This document shows, piece by piece, positions 32,855-40,196 of a stretch of 42,574 bases of DNA. The notes beneath the pieces were generated by a model. That model saw nothing but the letters and a program-made list of their open reading frames with translations, searched no databases and was not told the origin of the DNA. Source of the stretch: a virus. Taxonomy: Duplodnaviria; Heunggongvirae; Uroviricota; Caudoviricetes. Location of the stretch: the IMG/VR virus record IMGVR_UViG_2675903468_000002, positions 1 through 42,574 of that record; one strand, written 5' to 3'. Every line of letters begins with the position of its first letter. Within the stretch, counting starts at the first letter, position 1. The position numbers and the translations under genes were made by a program.

Positions 32855-33847
32855 TCAGAATGTCAGTTTGTCACTGGATTTACCGAATTTGTCAGACATG
32901 GCTCCCAGGCCAGCCAGGACATCGACCTGTCGCTGTCGCCCACCTCCGGGAGCGGCTGGCTGTTGCCAGTAATCTTCGAAGTGACGATCGGGTCCAAAGA
33001 ACGTCGCAGCCTGCTTCACGAACTGTGTGCCGGTATTTCCTGTAGCACGTACCCAGGCGGCATACCGCTTCACACCATCAAGCATGGTCTCCGGTTTTAT
33101 TCCCTCCCTGATACGGGCTTTCCAGGCTTTGAAGGCTGCTGACTTGGAATTACCACCAGCACGTTTGGGATATTCCTGCCAGGCCTGTTCAAATTCCGGT
33201 GAATATTCCTGTCGGGCAGAACGCGCTGGTGCAGACGCGTCAGCGGATGCTCCAATAGTGTTTTTAGTCTCCGTTGTAATCTCTGTAGTAATCTCTGTAT
33301 TTGTATCAACATTCGGCGTATCCCCTGTTCCGTTATGACGTTGGGGGGTGTTCCGTTTTAACGTAATAGCTGTATCGCTGATTGAGTTATTGCTGTTACT
33401 TTCTGGCGAAACAGAAGAAGGTGTGGTGATGGCAGCAATTGCCTGTGGGTTGATCCCGACAAACAAAATATTGCTGCATTTCACCCCGTCTAGCATTTCC
33501 ACCGTACGTAAATCCAGAGTAATAAACCCAGCATCACGAAGACGCTTCAGCGCATCTGCGGTTTCCCTTTTCCCAAAGCCAAACTGTTCAGCAAACGCCT
33601 GATAGCTTCTTTGCAGCTTGTCACCCTGAAAACGCTTGCGATATCCCAGTAAAGCCCCGGTATGCTCATCCCTGACTTCTGTCGGGCGGTACCAGTAAAC
33701 AATCTCTGAAAGCAGCGCAATGGCAGTCGCATCCGGACGACCACTTGGTAGCCGAATATGTTTCCACCAGTTCGCTGGTGTGACATTGCCAGAAATATTG
33801 AGTTGGCCAATAGCCATAACTTCAGGTGTAGGAGCGTAACGGCTCAC
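32855..33847 (-). CDS. Replication initiator (lambda O-like organiser) with internal ori-like repeats
   Basis: 330 aa; GTG start with GGAGG RBS; low-complexity linker TNTEITTEITTETK encoded by DNA direct repeats; position upstream of the helicase loader. Confidence 0.6.
   Translation of the reverse strand: MSRYAPTPEVMAIGQLNISGNVTPANWWKHIRLPSGRPDATAIALLSEIVYWYRPTEVRDEHTGALLGYRKRFQGDKLQRSYQAFAEQFGFGKRETADALKRLRDAGFITLDLRTVEMLDGVKCSNILFVGINPQAIAAITTPSSVSPESNSNNSISDTAITLKRNTPQRHNGTGDTPNVDTNTEITTEITTETKNTIGASADASAPARSARQEYSPEFEQAWQEYPKRAGGNSKSAAFKAWKARIREGIKPETMLDGVKRYAAWVRATGNTGTQFVKQAATFFGPDRHFEDYWQQPAAPGGGRQRQVDVLAGLGAMSDKFGKSSDKLTF
33266..33360. repeat. Iteron-like direct repeats (candidate origin of replication) inside the initiator gene
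   Basis: Tandem GTAATCTCTGTA x2 (33276-33299) with flanking partial copies, plus TGTTCCGTT repeated at ~33326 and ~33349. Confidence 0.4.
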
Positions 33848-34068
33848 ACGGCACCTCCCAGACGCTTAAACATTTTTCCAGACAGAAATACCGCCAGCGG
33901 GTAACTGATGGTGTAGCTACGCCCCTGTAGTTCGCACACGACTTTCTGGCTTTCAGCGTTGACTAGGCAAACCCGCAGAACGTGACCGTTGCTGGTGGCG
34001 AACCACTGCCCCACACGGGGGCAACGGTTGTATCGGTGATACAGGGAATTAACGATGCGGCGAATCAT
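33844..34068 (-). CDS. Small hypothetical protein
   Basis: 74 aa with strong AGGAGG RBS; function unknown. Confidence 0.5.
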   Translation of the reverse strand: MIRRIVNSLYHRYNRCPRVGQWFATSNGHVLRVCLVNAESQKVVCELQGRSYTISYPLAVFLSGKMFKRLGGAV

Positions 34069-34616
34069 GGGTGCGCCTCCTTGTCAGAACCATTAAGTCT
34101 GGAATCAACAAGTGCAGCGCCAAAAACAGCATCTCCTACACGGTCATACAGCTTGCTCGCCAGCGGAGATTCAACGGCCTTAAGCATGGGGTAAAGCTGG
34201 CTTTTCCAGATTTGATGGATTTCACGCAAATGCAGGTATACGCCTCTGGCGTTTCGTGCAACAGCTGACATATCAACCGCGTCAGCACCAGATAAATTCT
34301 TCTCCATCTGGTTAAAGGCGTTGATGTATGCCTCTTTGAACCGGGCTGCACGTTTGCCAGTAAAGCCCATTGCCAGGAACGCGAAGCCATCGCGGGTGAT
34401 TTGATAGCAAGGTAGTTTGCGGCCTGTGCAATCGGTGTAATCACTCACCGAAAAATTGCGGGCAGTGAATGATGCGGAGCATTCAAGCGTGCGGATCTTT
34501 TTCAGTACATCGTCATGACGTTTGGAGAAGAAGTTGGCAACAGCCAGGGATGAAGTAACAGCCTGACCATCAACGATGGCAATTTCAGGTTGAGTGAGGG
34601 TTGGGATCGTAGCCAT
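34065..34616 (-). CDS. Rha-family phage regulatory protein
   Basis: Start MATIPTLTQPEIAIVDGQAVTSSLAVANFFSKRHDDVLKKIR with AAGAGG RBS; Rha-type domain. The ORF-track extension to 34937 starts with TTG and contains a terminator, so it is not used. Confidence 0.7.
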   Translation of the reverse strand: MATIPTLTQPEIAIVDGQAVTSSLAVANFFSKRHDDVLKKIRTLECSASFTARNFSVSDYTDCTGRKLPCYQITRDGFAFLAMGFTGKRAARFKEAYINAFNQMEKNLSGADAVDMSAVARNARGVYLHLREIHQIWKSQLYPMLKAVESPLASKLYDRVGDAVFGAALVDSRLNGSDKEAHP

Positions 34617-34632
34617 GATGGCAGCCTCTTTG

Positions 34633-34658
34633 GTGATTTTAAATAACTCACCACCAAG
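34633..34658 (-). promoter_or_regulatory. Inverted repeat overlapping a candidate promoter just upstream of the Rha gene
   Basis: GGTGA-ttttaaataac-TCACC palindrome within an AT-rich TTATTTAAAAT stretch ~20 nt upstream of the Rha start. Confidence 0.3.
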
Positions 34659-34781
34659 GCTTTCCACGACCTTATTGGTGGTGAGACGTACAGGGGTGGA
34701 AATACCGGTCACCAAAGAACCCGGCCCAACCGAAGTTGGCCCTGCACGCCCCACCATAATTTGGGCGTAATGCTGCTCATG

Positions 34782-34808
34782 ACACAAAAAAACCGCAAGA
34801 GCGCGGTT
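34782..34808 (-). terminator. Intrinsic terminator downstream of the Lar-like gene
   Basis: Minus strand AACCGC-GCUCUU-GCGGUU followed by UUUUUUUGUG. Confidence 0.6.
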
Positions 34809-34933
34809 GTGCGCTTTGGTGAATTCCGGGTTTCCACGCCCGGCACCCGCTTTATAAGGTGCTGGAATAGTGTAACGTCCCGAAATTGCAGAATCAATAT
34901 GTTGGTTGCGGATCATTTTGTACCTACTCGCCG

Positions 34934-35143
34934 TCAATCCGCGTTTTCGCGCTGATTCCAGTCATGAACAGCACGTTCTTTCGAATCAGGGATCTGGTTT
35001 GCGTTACAGCAAGTACATGCGACGTAATAACCATCATCGCCATCCAGAAAATATTTCACCTCAATGAGTTGTACTTCCGGATTTCCGCAGAACGGGCAAG
35101 GTTTCAGATCGACATCACCAGTTACACACGTCTTGGTTTGCAT
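34934..35143 (-). CDS. Small zinc-ribbon protein, Lar-like restriction-alleviation family candidate
   Basis: 69 aa with CPFCG...CTCC cysteine motif; TAATG overlap with the upstream antirepressor gene suggests translational coupling. Confidence 0.5.
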   Translation of the reverse strand: MQTKTCVTGDVDLKPCPFCGNPEVQLIEVKYFLDGDDGYYVACTCCNANQIPDSKERAVHDWNQRENAD

Positions 35144-36003
35144 TATTTGTTCTCCTGTAAAAGATTCGCGAGCTCAGTGTTATGGGTAAACAGCCCATCC
35201 CATGTTTTCTTCATCGGTAGTTCACCGTTCAGATAATGGCGATATAACCAGGCGGCACCTTTTTTCTTCAGGAGTGGTTTGAAAATCTCGCGCATTTCCC
35301 CGTTTTCCTGCTCAACCTGCCCAGAACGCTCAGTCAGGTATTGGTCACGTGCATACGCTTTTACACGCCAGCGCGGATACATAGCCTCCGGACGGTCGTC
35401 ATACAGCCAGTTACGCTCTTCAAGGAACGCATTAATCTGACGAGTGTTTACACCGTTGAGTTGTTTGCAGAACTGCACAGGAGTGATGCCATCGGCGAGA
35501 TGGCTTTCGAGTTTGCTGATGTAGCGAGCCTGACGCTCTGCATACCCGAGAGCAAGGCGTTCGGATTTTTTGGCTTCAATCCACGCTTCAGCAGCAGCGA
35601 TCGGATCGTCAAAGTCTGGAATAGTGTTTGAAGAAGGCGTTGCTTTACGAAAATACGCCTGCTCCATTTTTTCGAAGAACGACCAGGCCTCGTCTGTATC
35701 GACGATTTTTGACATGCGGGCAGCGCCGCGTTCTGTCCAGAGAGTGAGTGAACGCGCATTTCTTCCAACAGAGTGACCAATAGTCACTCTGTCCTTAAAT
35801 GCTTTCAGGGCATCACCAGTTAAAAGAAAATAATGTTTCCCATCTTCAAAGCGCTCAAGATTGCGCGACAGATTTTTACGGATATTAGCTTCATCCGTGC
35901 CATATCCCGCCGCCAGCGTTTCAGTGGTAACTACGCGTACCCCCTGCCACTCAATCACTGGCAGGTTTTCAGGGTTGACTAATTTTTGTTTATTGATCAT
36001 CAT
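35143..36003 (-). CDS. Antirepressor-like protein (ORF6N/Bro-N-type N-terminal domain, KilA-C-like C-terminus)
   Basis: 286 aa; N-terminal LPVIEWQGVRVVTTETLAAGYGTDEANIRKNLSRNLERFEDGKHYF resembles phage antirepressor N-domains. Confidence 0.6.
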   Translation of the reverse strand: MMINKQKLVNPENLPVIEWQGVRVVTTETLAAGYGTDEANIRKNLSRNLERFEDGKHYFLLTGDALKAFKDRVTIGHSVGRNARSLTLWTERGAARMSKIVDTDEAWSFFEKMEQAYFRKATPSSNTIPDFDDPIAAAEAWIEAKKSERLALGYAERQARYISKLESHLADGITPVQFCKQLNGVNTRQINAFLEERNWLYDDRPEAMYPRWRVKAYARDQYLTERSGQVEQENGEMREIFKPLLKKKGAAWLYRHYLNGELPMKKTWDGLFTHNTELANLLQENK

Positions 36004-36078
36004 GAAATCCCCTTACTAATCAGAATAAGTCGGGCTGACGGAGTGCGGCCCGGCTTTTCTTTTTCGTTCAGTAACCGT

Positions 36079-36378
36079 TCATCGCGTGGACATTTCTGAT
36101 GAATCACTCTGCCCATCTTCCGTGCGCGCTAGGCTTGGATTTGAAATTTTGCGTAACGAATCAGGAATTCCATCTTCAGGGTGAGGATAAAGATCTGGCC
36201 TTAAGCCATGTGGCGTGACCTTCCATGCAACTACTTCACATACGCGTAAAACAAAACGAGCAGGAATTGTGTTTTTTGAAAACCACTGATTCACCGCTTG
36301 CGGAGTTACACCAAGGTTTCGTGCAATGGCATTTTGCGCAATTAATGCGCGAAGTACGTCGTAATCATTTCCTTTCAT
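36079..36378 (-). CDS. Cro-like HTH regulator (first gene of the rightward early operon)
   Basis: 99 aa; HTH LRALIAQNAIARNLGVTPQAVNQWF; divergent from the cI-like gene across a 133-bp operator region. Confidence 0.65.
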   Translation of the reverse strand: MKGNDYDVLRALIAQNAIARNLGVTPQAVNQWFSKNTIPARFVLRVCEVVAWKVTPHGLRPDLYPHPEDGIPDSLRKISNPSLARTEDGQSDSSEMSTR

Positions 36379-36511
36379 AGCAAAACACCAATATTAACTT
36401 GATAACACAAGAATATATCAAGATTAAATTAACATGCAAGTTGCAAAAGGATCGAATACACTAAAATCAAGTAAAGATTTATCCTTGTAAAGAAACCCAC
36501 AGGACCTGGTC
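36379..36511. promoter_or_regulatory. Immunity operator/promoter region (OR-like) with divergent promoters
   Basis: Minus-strand promoter TTGCAT-16-TATATT; plus-strand candidate TTGCAA-15-TAAAAT; inverted repeats built on CTTGAT/ATCAAG half-sites (for example CTTGATAACACAAGAATATATCAAG). Confidence 0.5.
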
Positions 36512-37201
36512 ATGAAGAACGTCAAAAACACGGAAAATCGAATAGCCGCGATGCTGAAAGCAAAAGGATGGACTCAGGCTCAACTGGCCCGCAAGTTAGG
36601 TGTGAGTGCGCAATCAGTGCAGTACTGGACAACAGGAAAAACATTTCCACGGAGTGATAAGCTCGCGCATTTATCAGAGATTAGCGGTTATCCACAATCC
36701 TGGTTCTTAGGTGAAGACTCCTCACCAACCTTTTCCTCGCAAGAGAAACACCAGACAAGAACAGATAGCGTCGTGTTTAATGTCCTTGATGTTGAGTTTA
36801 GTTGCGGTGATGGAACTCATGTCCGTGGTGACTTGATAGATGTAGTGCGCTCAATAGAACTTGATCCTGAATATGCCCGACGTCTTGTTGGAAATCGGGC
36901 ATTCAAAAATATAGAAATAGGTAACGCCAGAGGAGACAGTATGGCTCCCACAATCTCACCTGGCGACCTTCTTTTTCTTGATAAGACAGTAACTTATTTT
37001 GATGGCGATGGTATTTATGCATTTTGTTTTGATGGAGAATGCTACGTGAAAAGGCTTCAAAAAATTGGAAGCAAAATCATGGTGTTATCTGATAACCCCA
37101 ATTATCAACCATGGAGCATCGAAAAAGAGGGGTTAGCTCTGCTTTATATCCAGTCTAAAGTGATCTCATCAGTACCATTCAACATAAACAGATTTGGTTA
37201 G
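36512..37201 (+). CDS. cI: CI-type prophage repressor (HTH plus LexA-like S24 autopeptidase domain)
   Basis: 229 aa; HTH GWTQAQLARKLGVSAQSVQYWTTGK; C-terminal S24 domain with GDSMAPTISPGDLLFLDK and downstream Lys. Confidence 0.85.
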   Translation: MKNVKNTENRIAAMLKAKGWTQAQLARKLGVSAQSVQYWTTGKTFPRSDKLAHLSEISGYPQSWFLGEDSSPTFSSQEKHQTRTDSVVFNVLDVEFSCGDGTHVRGDLIDVVRSIELDPEYARRLVGNRAFKNIEIGNARGDSMAPTISPGDLLFLDKTVTYFDGDGIYAFCFDGECYVKRLQKIGSKIMVLSDNPNYQPWSIEKEGLALLYIQSKVISSVPFNINRFG

Positions 37202-37212
37202 TCTTTGATTTT

Positions 37213-37236
37213 AACGGGCTTTGCCCGTTTTTTTCT
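37213..37236 (+). terminator. Intrinsic terminator after the repressor gene
   Basis: AACGGGC-TTT-GCCCGTT followed by TTTTTTT. Confidence 0.7.
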
Positions 37237-37264
37237 GCCTGAAATATACGATATCAATTTTTTC

Positions 37265-37293
37265 TTGACAGCCTATTTCCCAAAGCATAATAT
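37265..37293 (+). promoter_or_regulatory. PL-like early-left promoter with operator-like palindrome
   Basis: TTGACA-17 nt-TAATAT; flanked by ATCAAT and the ATCAATTATAACTTGAT palindrome sharing half-sites with the OR region. Confidence 0.5.
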
Positions 37294-37346
37294 CGCACCA
37301 TCAATTATAACTTGATTTAATTCAATTTAAAATTGTTGGTGGATAT

Positions 37347-37799
37347 ATGAAGACACTAAAAGCAACTCCAGAAACAACTAATTTTATCAACTGCGGCTGT
37401 GTTACGCTTAAGGGCTTAGAACTTGATTCCTTTGCATTAAATATTGCAAATTTGCTAAGTGCTGTACGCACATTCCATCTTCTGGATTGTGCTCGCTCAA
37501 AGGAACTGGGCATTGAGGTAATGGAATTTATCCATGAATATGCTCTATCTGCTGCTTCTCCTGCACAACAAAAACAATCCTTCCCTGAAAGCTGGCTGGT
37601 TAACCTTCGCACCCAACGCGAAGCCTGCGGCTTAACAACAGCCGAACTCGCCAGGCTGCTCGCTCTTGATGAAGAAATCATCATCCAGTGGGAGAGCGGA
37701 GAGTATGAACCAACCATCAGTATGCTTATCCCACTGGCAAATATTCTTGGCTGCGATCCGATGTGGTTATTGACTGGTAGCAATGCTGCAAAGGAGTAA
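37347..37799 (+). CDS. HTH (XRE-type) protein with N-terminal domain of unknown function; first gene of early-left operon
   Basis: 150 aa; C-terminal HTH CGLTTAELARLLALDEEIIIQWESGEYEPT; not Arg-rich and not N-like. Confidence 0.6.
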   Translation: MKTLKATPETTNFINCGCVTLKGLELDSFALNIANLLSAVRTFHLLDCARSKELGIEVMEFIHEYALSAASPAQQKQSFPESWLVNLRTQREACGLTTAELARLLALDEEIIIQWESGEYEPTISMLIPLANILGCDPMWLLTGSNAAKE

Positions 37800-37804
37800 C
37801 AGCA

Positions 37805-37996
37805 GTGAATAGTAATATCCATGACAATTTCGAAGGTATTTGTCTGGCATCGGATTCATTTGCAATAAACATTCATAGTCTGTTGTGCGCTGCGCAAGTT
37901 TTACAGATGTCAAATAATCAGAATGCAAAAACATTAGGTGATGAAATCCTGTCTTTTGCATGTGAATATTCGAAAGCTGCAGTCAAAAAGAATTAG
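37805..37996 (+). CDS. Small protein paralogous to the N-terminal domain of the preceding HTH protein
   Basis: 63 aa; GTG start 8 nt after an AAGGAG RBS that overlaps the upstream stop; shares DSFA-NI, LL, K-LG-E, F--EY pattern with residues ~25-70 of the upstream protein. Confidence 0.5.
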   Translation: MNSNIHDNFEGICLASDSFAINIHSLLCAAQVLQMSNNQNAKTLGDEILSFACEYSKAAVKKN

Positions 37997-38073
37997 CGCA
38001 ATAACAATAAATATTCACTGAATGTTTATTACGGTTTTATCGCCGGGGATTGTTGCAACCTTTATTCGCAGGA

Positions 38074-38187
38074 GATTATGTTATGACTTTCCTGAAACAT
38101 AAGGCATCGTATAAAACTGCCTGCCTCATTGCACAACATGGAGATTCTTATCTTCATATAGCCAACCTGTATTTGCGCAAAGCATAT
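38074..38187 (+). CDS. Very small ORF (37 aa), hypothetical
   Basis: AGGAGA RBS then ATG; MTFLKHKASYKTACLIAQHGDSYLHIANLYLRKAYGR. Confidence 0.3.
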
Positions 38188-38200
38188 GGGAGATAAATAA

Positions 38201-38389
38201 ATGAAAGAAAAACAACAAAACATAACACATAAAAAAGTAAGAGTGTTGCTAACCATTGAAAATGGTGAAGTAATTTACTCAAAACATCTGTTGGATAATG
38301 AATTCGTTGGCTGCATGGATACATTTCTGTGGATGGCAAAAAGAGCTGGCTACACGATTATTCCACCAGCAAAGGAGCAAACATTATGA
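38201..38389 (+). CDS. Small hypothetical protein
   Basis: 62 aa with GGGAGA RBS; AT-rich. Confidence 0.4.
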   Translation: MKEKQQNITHKKVRVLLTIENGEVIYSKHLLDNEFVGCMDTFLWMAKRAGYTIIPPAKEQTL

Positions 38390-38967
38390 ATCATTCAGAG
38401 TTCCGACCAGAAGTTACGCCACATGGCATAAAAATTGGCAATACAACCATTGATTATGTTGAGGCCGTACAGCGGCTTAATGATGGTGAATACGATTATC
38501 CAAACTCACACGGTTTAAGAATCATGCAATGTATTGCAGAAGCCGATGATGCAGGGTTGCTGGGACGATTTTCAGTCGATATGAAGGTTGCTCAGTGGCG
38601 ATGGCTGTATGTGACTACGTTTATAAATGAAGAGGAAGACAAGAACGGTACCGTTGATATCCCTAACGATAACGGAACTACAGATCACGCGGTTATTTAC
38701 AAGGGTAAACATGGTTGCCTGAGTATCTACCCCGGACCACTTCGTATTGCCCTGCAAAACCACGTCGAATGGGGATTTATTGAAAAATATGGCGAAGCTG
38801 AAGGCATGGGGCGAGTTCTGTTTCTCTATCAAAAAATGCTCATCGCAGATCCTGATAATGGTTTCATTATTTCTGCTATGGGGCGCGAAGGGCTTGAACT
38901 CCTTCTGGATGAAATGATGAACGACCTGAATACTCATGGTATGCCAGAAGCGCCAGTGACACATTAA
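38386..38967 (+). CDS. Hypothetical protein (193 aa), no recognisable motif
   Basis: Start MNHSEFRPEVTPHG with AAGGAG RBS overlapping the upstream stop; the longer ORF-track start at 38329 lacks an RBS. Confidence 0.55.
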   Translation: MNHSEFRPEVTPHGIKIGNTTIDYVEAVQRLNDGEYDYPNSHGLRIMQCIAEADDAGLLGRFSVDMKVAQWRWLYVTTFINEEEDKNGTVDIPNDNGTTDHAVIYKGKHGCLSIYPGPLRIALQNHVEWGFIEKYGEAEGMGRVLFLYQKMLIADPDNGFIISAMGREGLELLLDEMMNDLNTHGMPEAPVTH

Positions 38968-39012
38968 ATATTAAGAAGAATATAATTCTTCCATCTTTTA
39001 CCAACCGTTTAT

Positions 39013-39120
39013 ATGAAAAGCAACCGTGAATTAAACAGAGTAAAACTGATTTTAATCCTTGCCACAGTACTGACACTAACTGAAATCATTATTCTCTTTC
39101 TTGCGCTGTCAGTCGGTTAA
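39013..39120 (+). CDS. Small membrane peptide (35 aa), hypothetical
   Basis: MKSNRELNRVKLILILATVLTLTEIIILFLALSVG; single TM helix. Confidence 0.3.
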   Translation: MKSNRELNRVKLILILATVLTLTEIIILFLALSVG

Positions 39121-39143
39121 AAATATCGGGATACCACAGACCA

Positions 39144-39332
39144 ATGAGACTGTATTTCACAATAGTAATTTTACTGGCAATTATCGCATGCATTTACGGA
39201 TTACTCGTTCCGTTCCTTATATCCATGAAGGATACGATAGCAGTTATTTCTGGCTTTGCACTGGCGTTTCTGACCCCGCCCTGCATTTATGCCATTTACA
39301 AGGGTCTTTCTTTCGCTAAGGATAAAAGATGA
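39144..39332 (+). CDS. Small two-TM membrane protein coupled to the SPFH gene
   Basis: 62 aa, MRLYFTIVILLAIIACIYGLLVPFLISM...; stop overlaps the SPFH start (ATGA). Confidence 0.5.
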   Translation: MRLYFTIVILLAIIACIYGLLVPFLISMKDTIAVISGFALAFLTPPCIYAIYKGLSFAKDKR

Positions 39333-40156
39333 AAAAAATTATTTTTGCTTTAGCCATTGTTCTGCCGACTATTGGCCTTGTCGGTTGCGATCGCGTTGAA
39401 CCAGGTAATGTTGGCATCAAGGTAAATAAACTGGGCGACGACAAAGGCGTCGGTGAGGTGGTCGGTGTTGGTCGCTACTGGACTGGCTGGAATACTGAAG
39501 TTTATATCTTCCCCACCTTCAAACAAATGAAGACCTACGATGAACCGTTCAGTTTCCAGATGAGTGACGGTACAACCATCGGCTATCACATTGGCGTGGC
39601 CTACAAAGTTGATCCATCCAAAGTTACCACGGTGTTTCAGACCTACCGCAAAGGCGTGGATGACATTACCGACACTGACCTGCGCCAGAAGATCGCCGAC
39701 GCACTCAACCGACTGGCCAGCAAAATGACCACTGACAAATTTATCGACGGCGGCAAGTCTGAGCTGCTGGATGAAGCTCTTAAAGACATTCAGGCAGAGA
39801 TGACACCTATCGGTATTCAGGTAATGAGCCTCTCATATGTGGGTAAGCCGGAGTACCCGCCAACCGTTATCGACAGCATTAATGCCAAAGTCACGGCAAA
39901 CCAGAAAACCCTGCAGCGCGAGCAGGAAGTCAAGCAACGTGAAGCGGAGGCCAACATGCTACGTGCGGAAGCTGCCGGACAGGCTGATGCCATTCGAACA
40001 AAAGCCCAGGCAGAAGCCGATGCCATTCGTTTACGCGGCGAAGCTCTACGCCAGAACCCAGGCGTCATGGAGCTGGAAGCCATCAACAAGTGGAACGGTA
40101 CACTGCCGCAATACATGACCAGTGGTGCCAATACACCATTTATCCAGATTAAATAA
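39329..40156 (+). CDS. SPFH/band-7 (prohibitin/HflKC-like) domain lipoprotein
   Basis: 275 aa; lipobox LVGC after signal peptide; SPFH-like core followed by Ala/Glu/Arg-rich coiled coil (REQEVKQREAEANMLRAEAAGQADAIRTKAQAEADAIRLRGEA). Confidence 0.7.
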   Translation: MKKIIFALAIVLPTIGLVGCDRVEPGNVGIKVNKLGDDKGVGEVVGVGRYWTGWNTEVYIFPTFKQMKTYDEPFSFQMSDGTTIGYHIGVAYKVDPSKVTTVFQTYRKGVDDITDTDLRQKIADALNRLASKMTTDKFIDGGKSELLDEALKDIQAEMTPIGIQVMSLSYVGKPEYPPTVIDSINAKVTANQKTLQREQEVKQREAEANMLRAEAAGQADAIRTKAQAEADAIRLRGEALRQNPGVMELEAINKWNGTLPQYMTSGANTPFIQIK

Positions 40157-40196
40157 CTTATATGCCCGGCAGGCCGCCGGGCTAAGGGAAATGCAG

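Noticed and set aside
37322-37822. 166-aa minus-strand ORF
   Set aside because: Antisense to the better-supported plus-strand HTH gene 37347-37799; Ser-rich low complexity.
38572-38964. 130-aa minus-strand ORF
   Set aside because: Antisense to the 193-aa plus-strand gene, which has an RBS and translational coupling.
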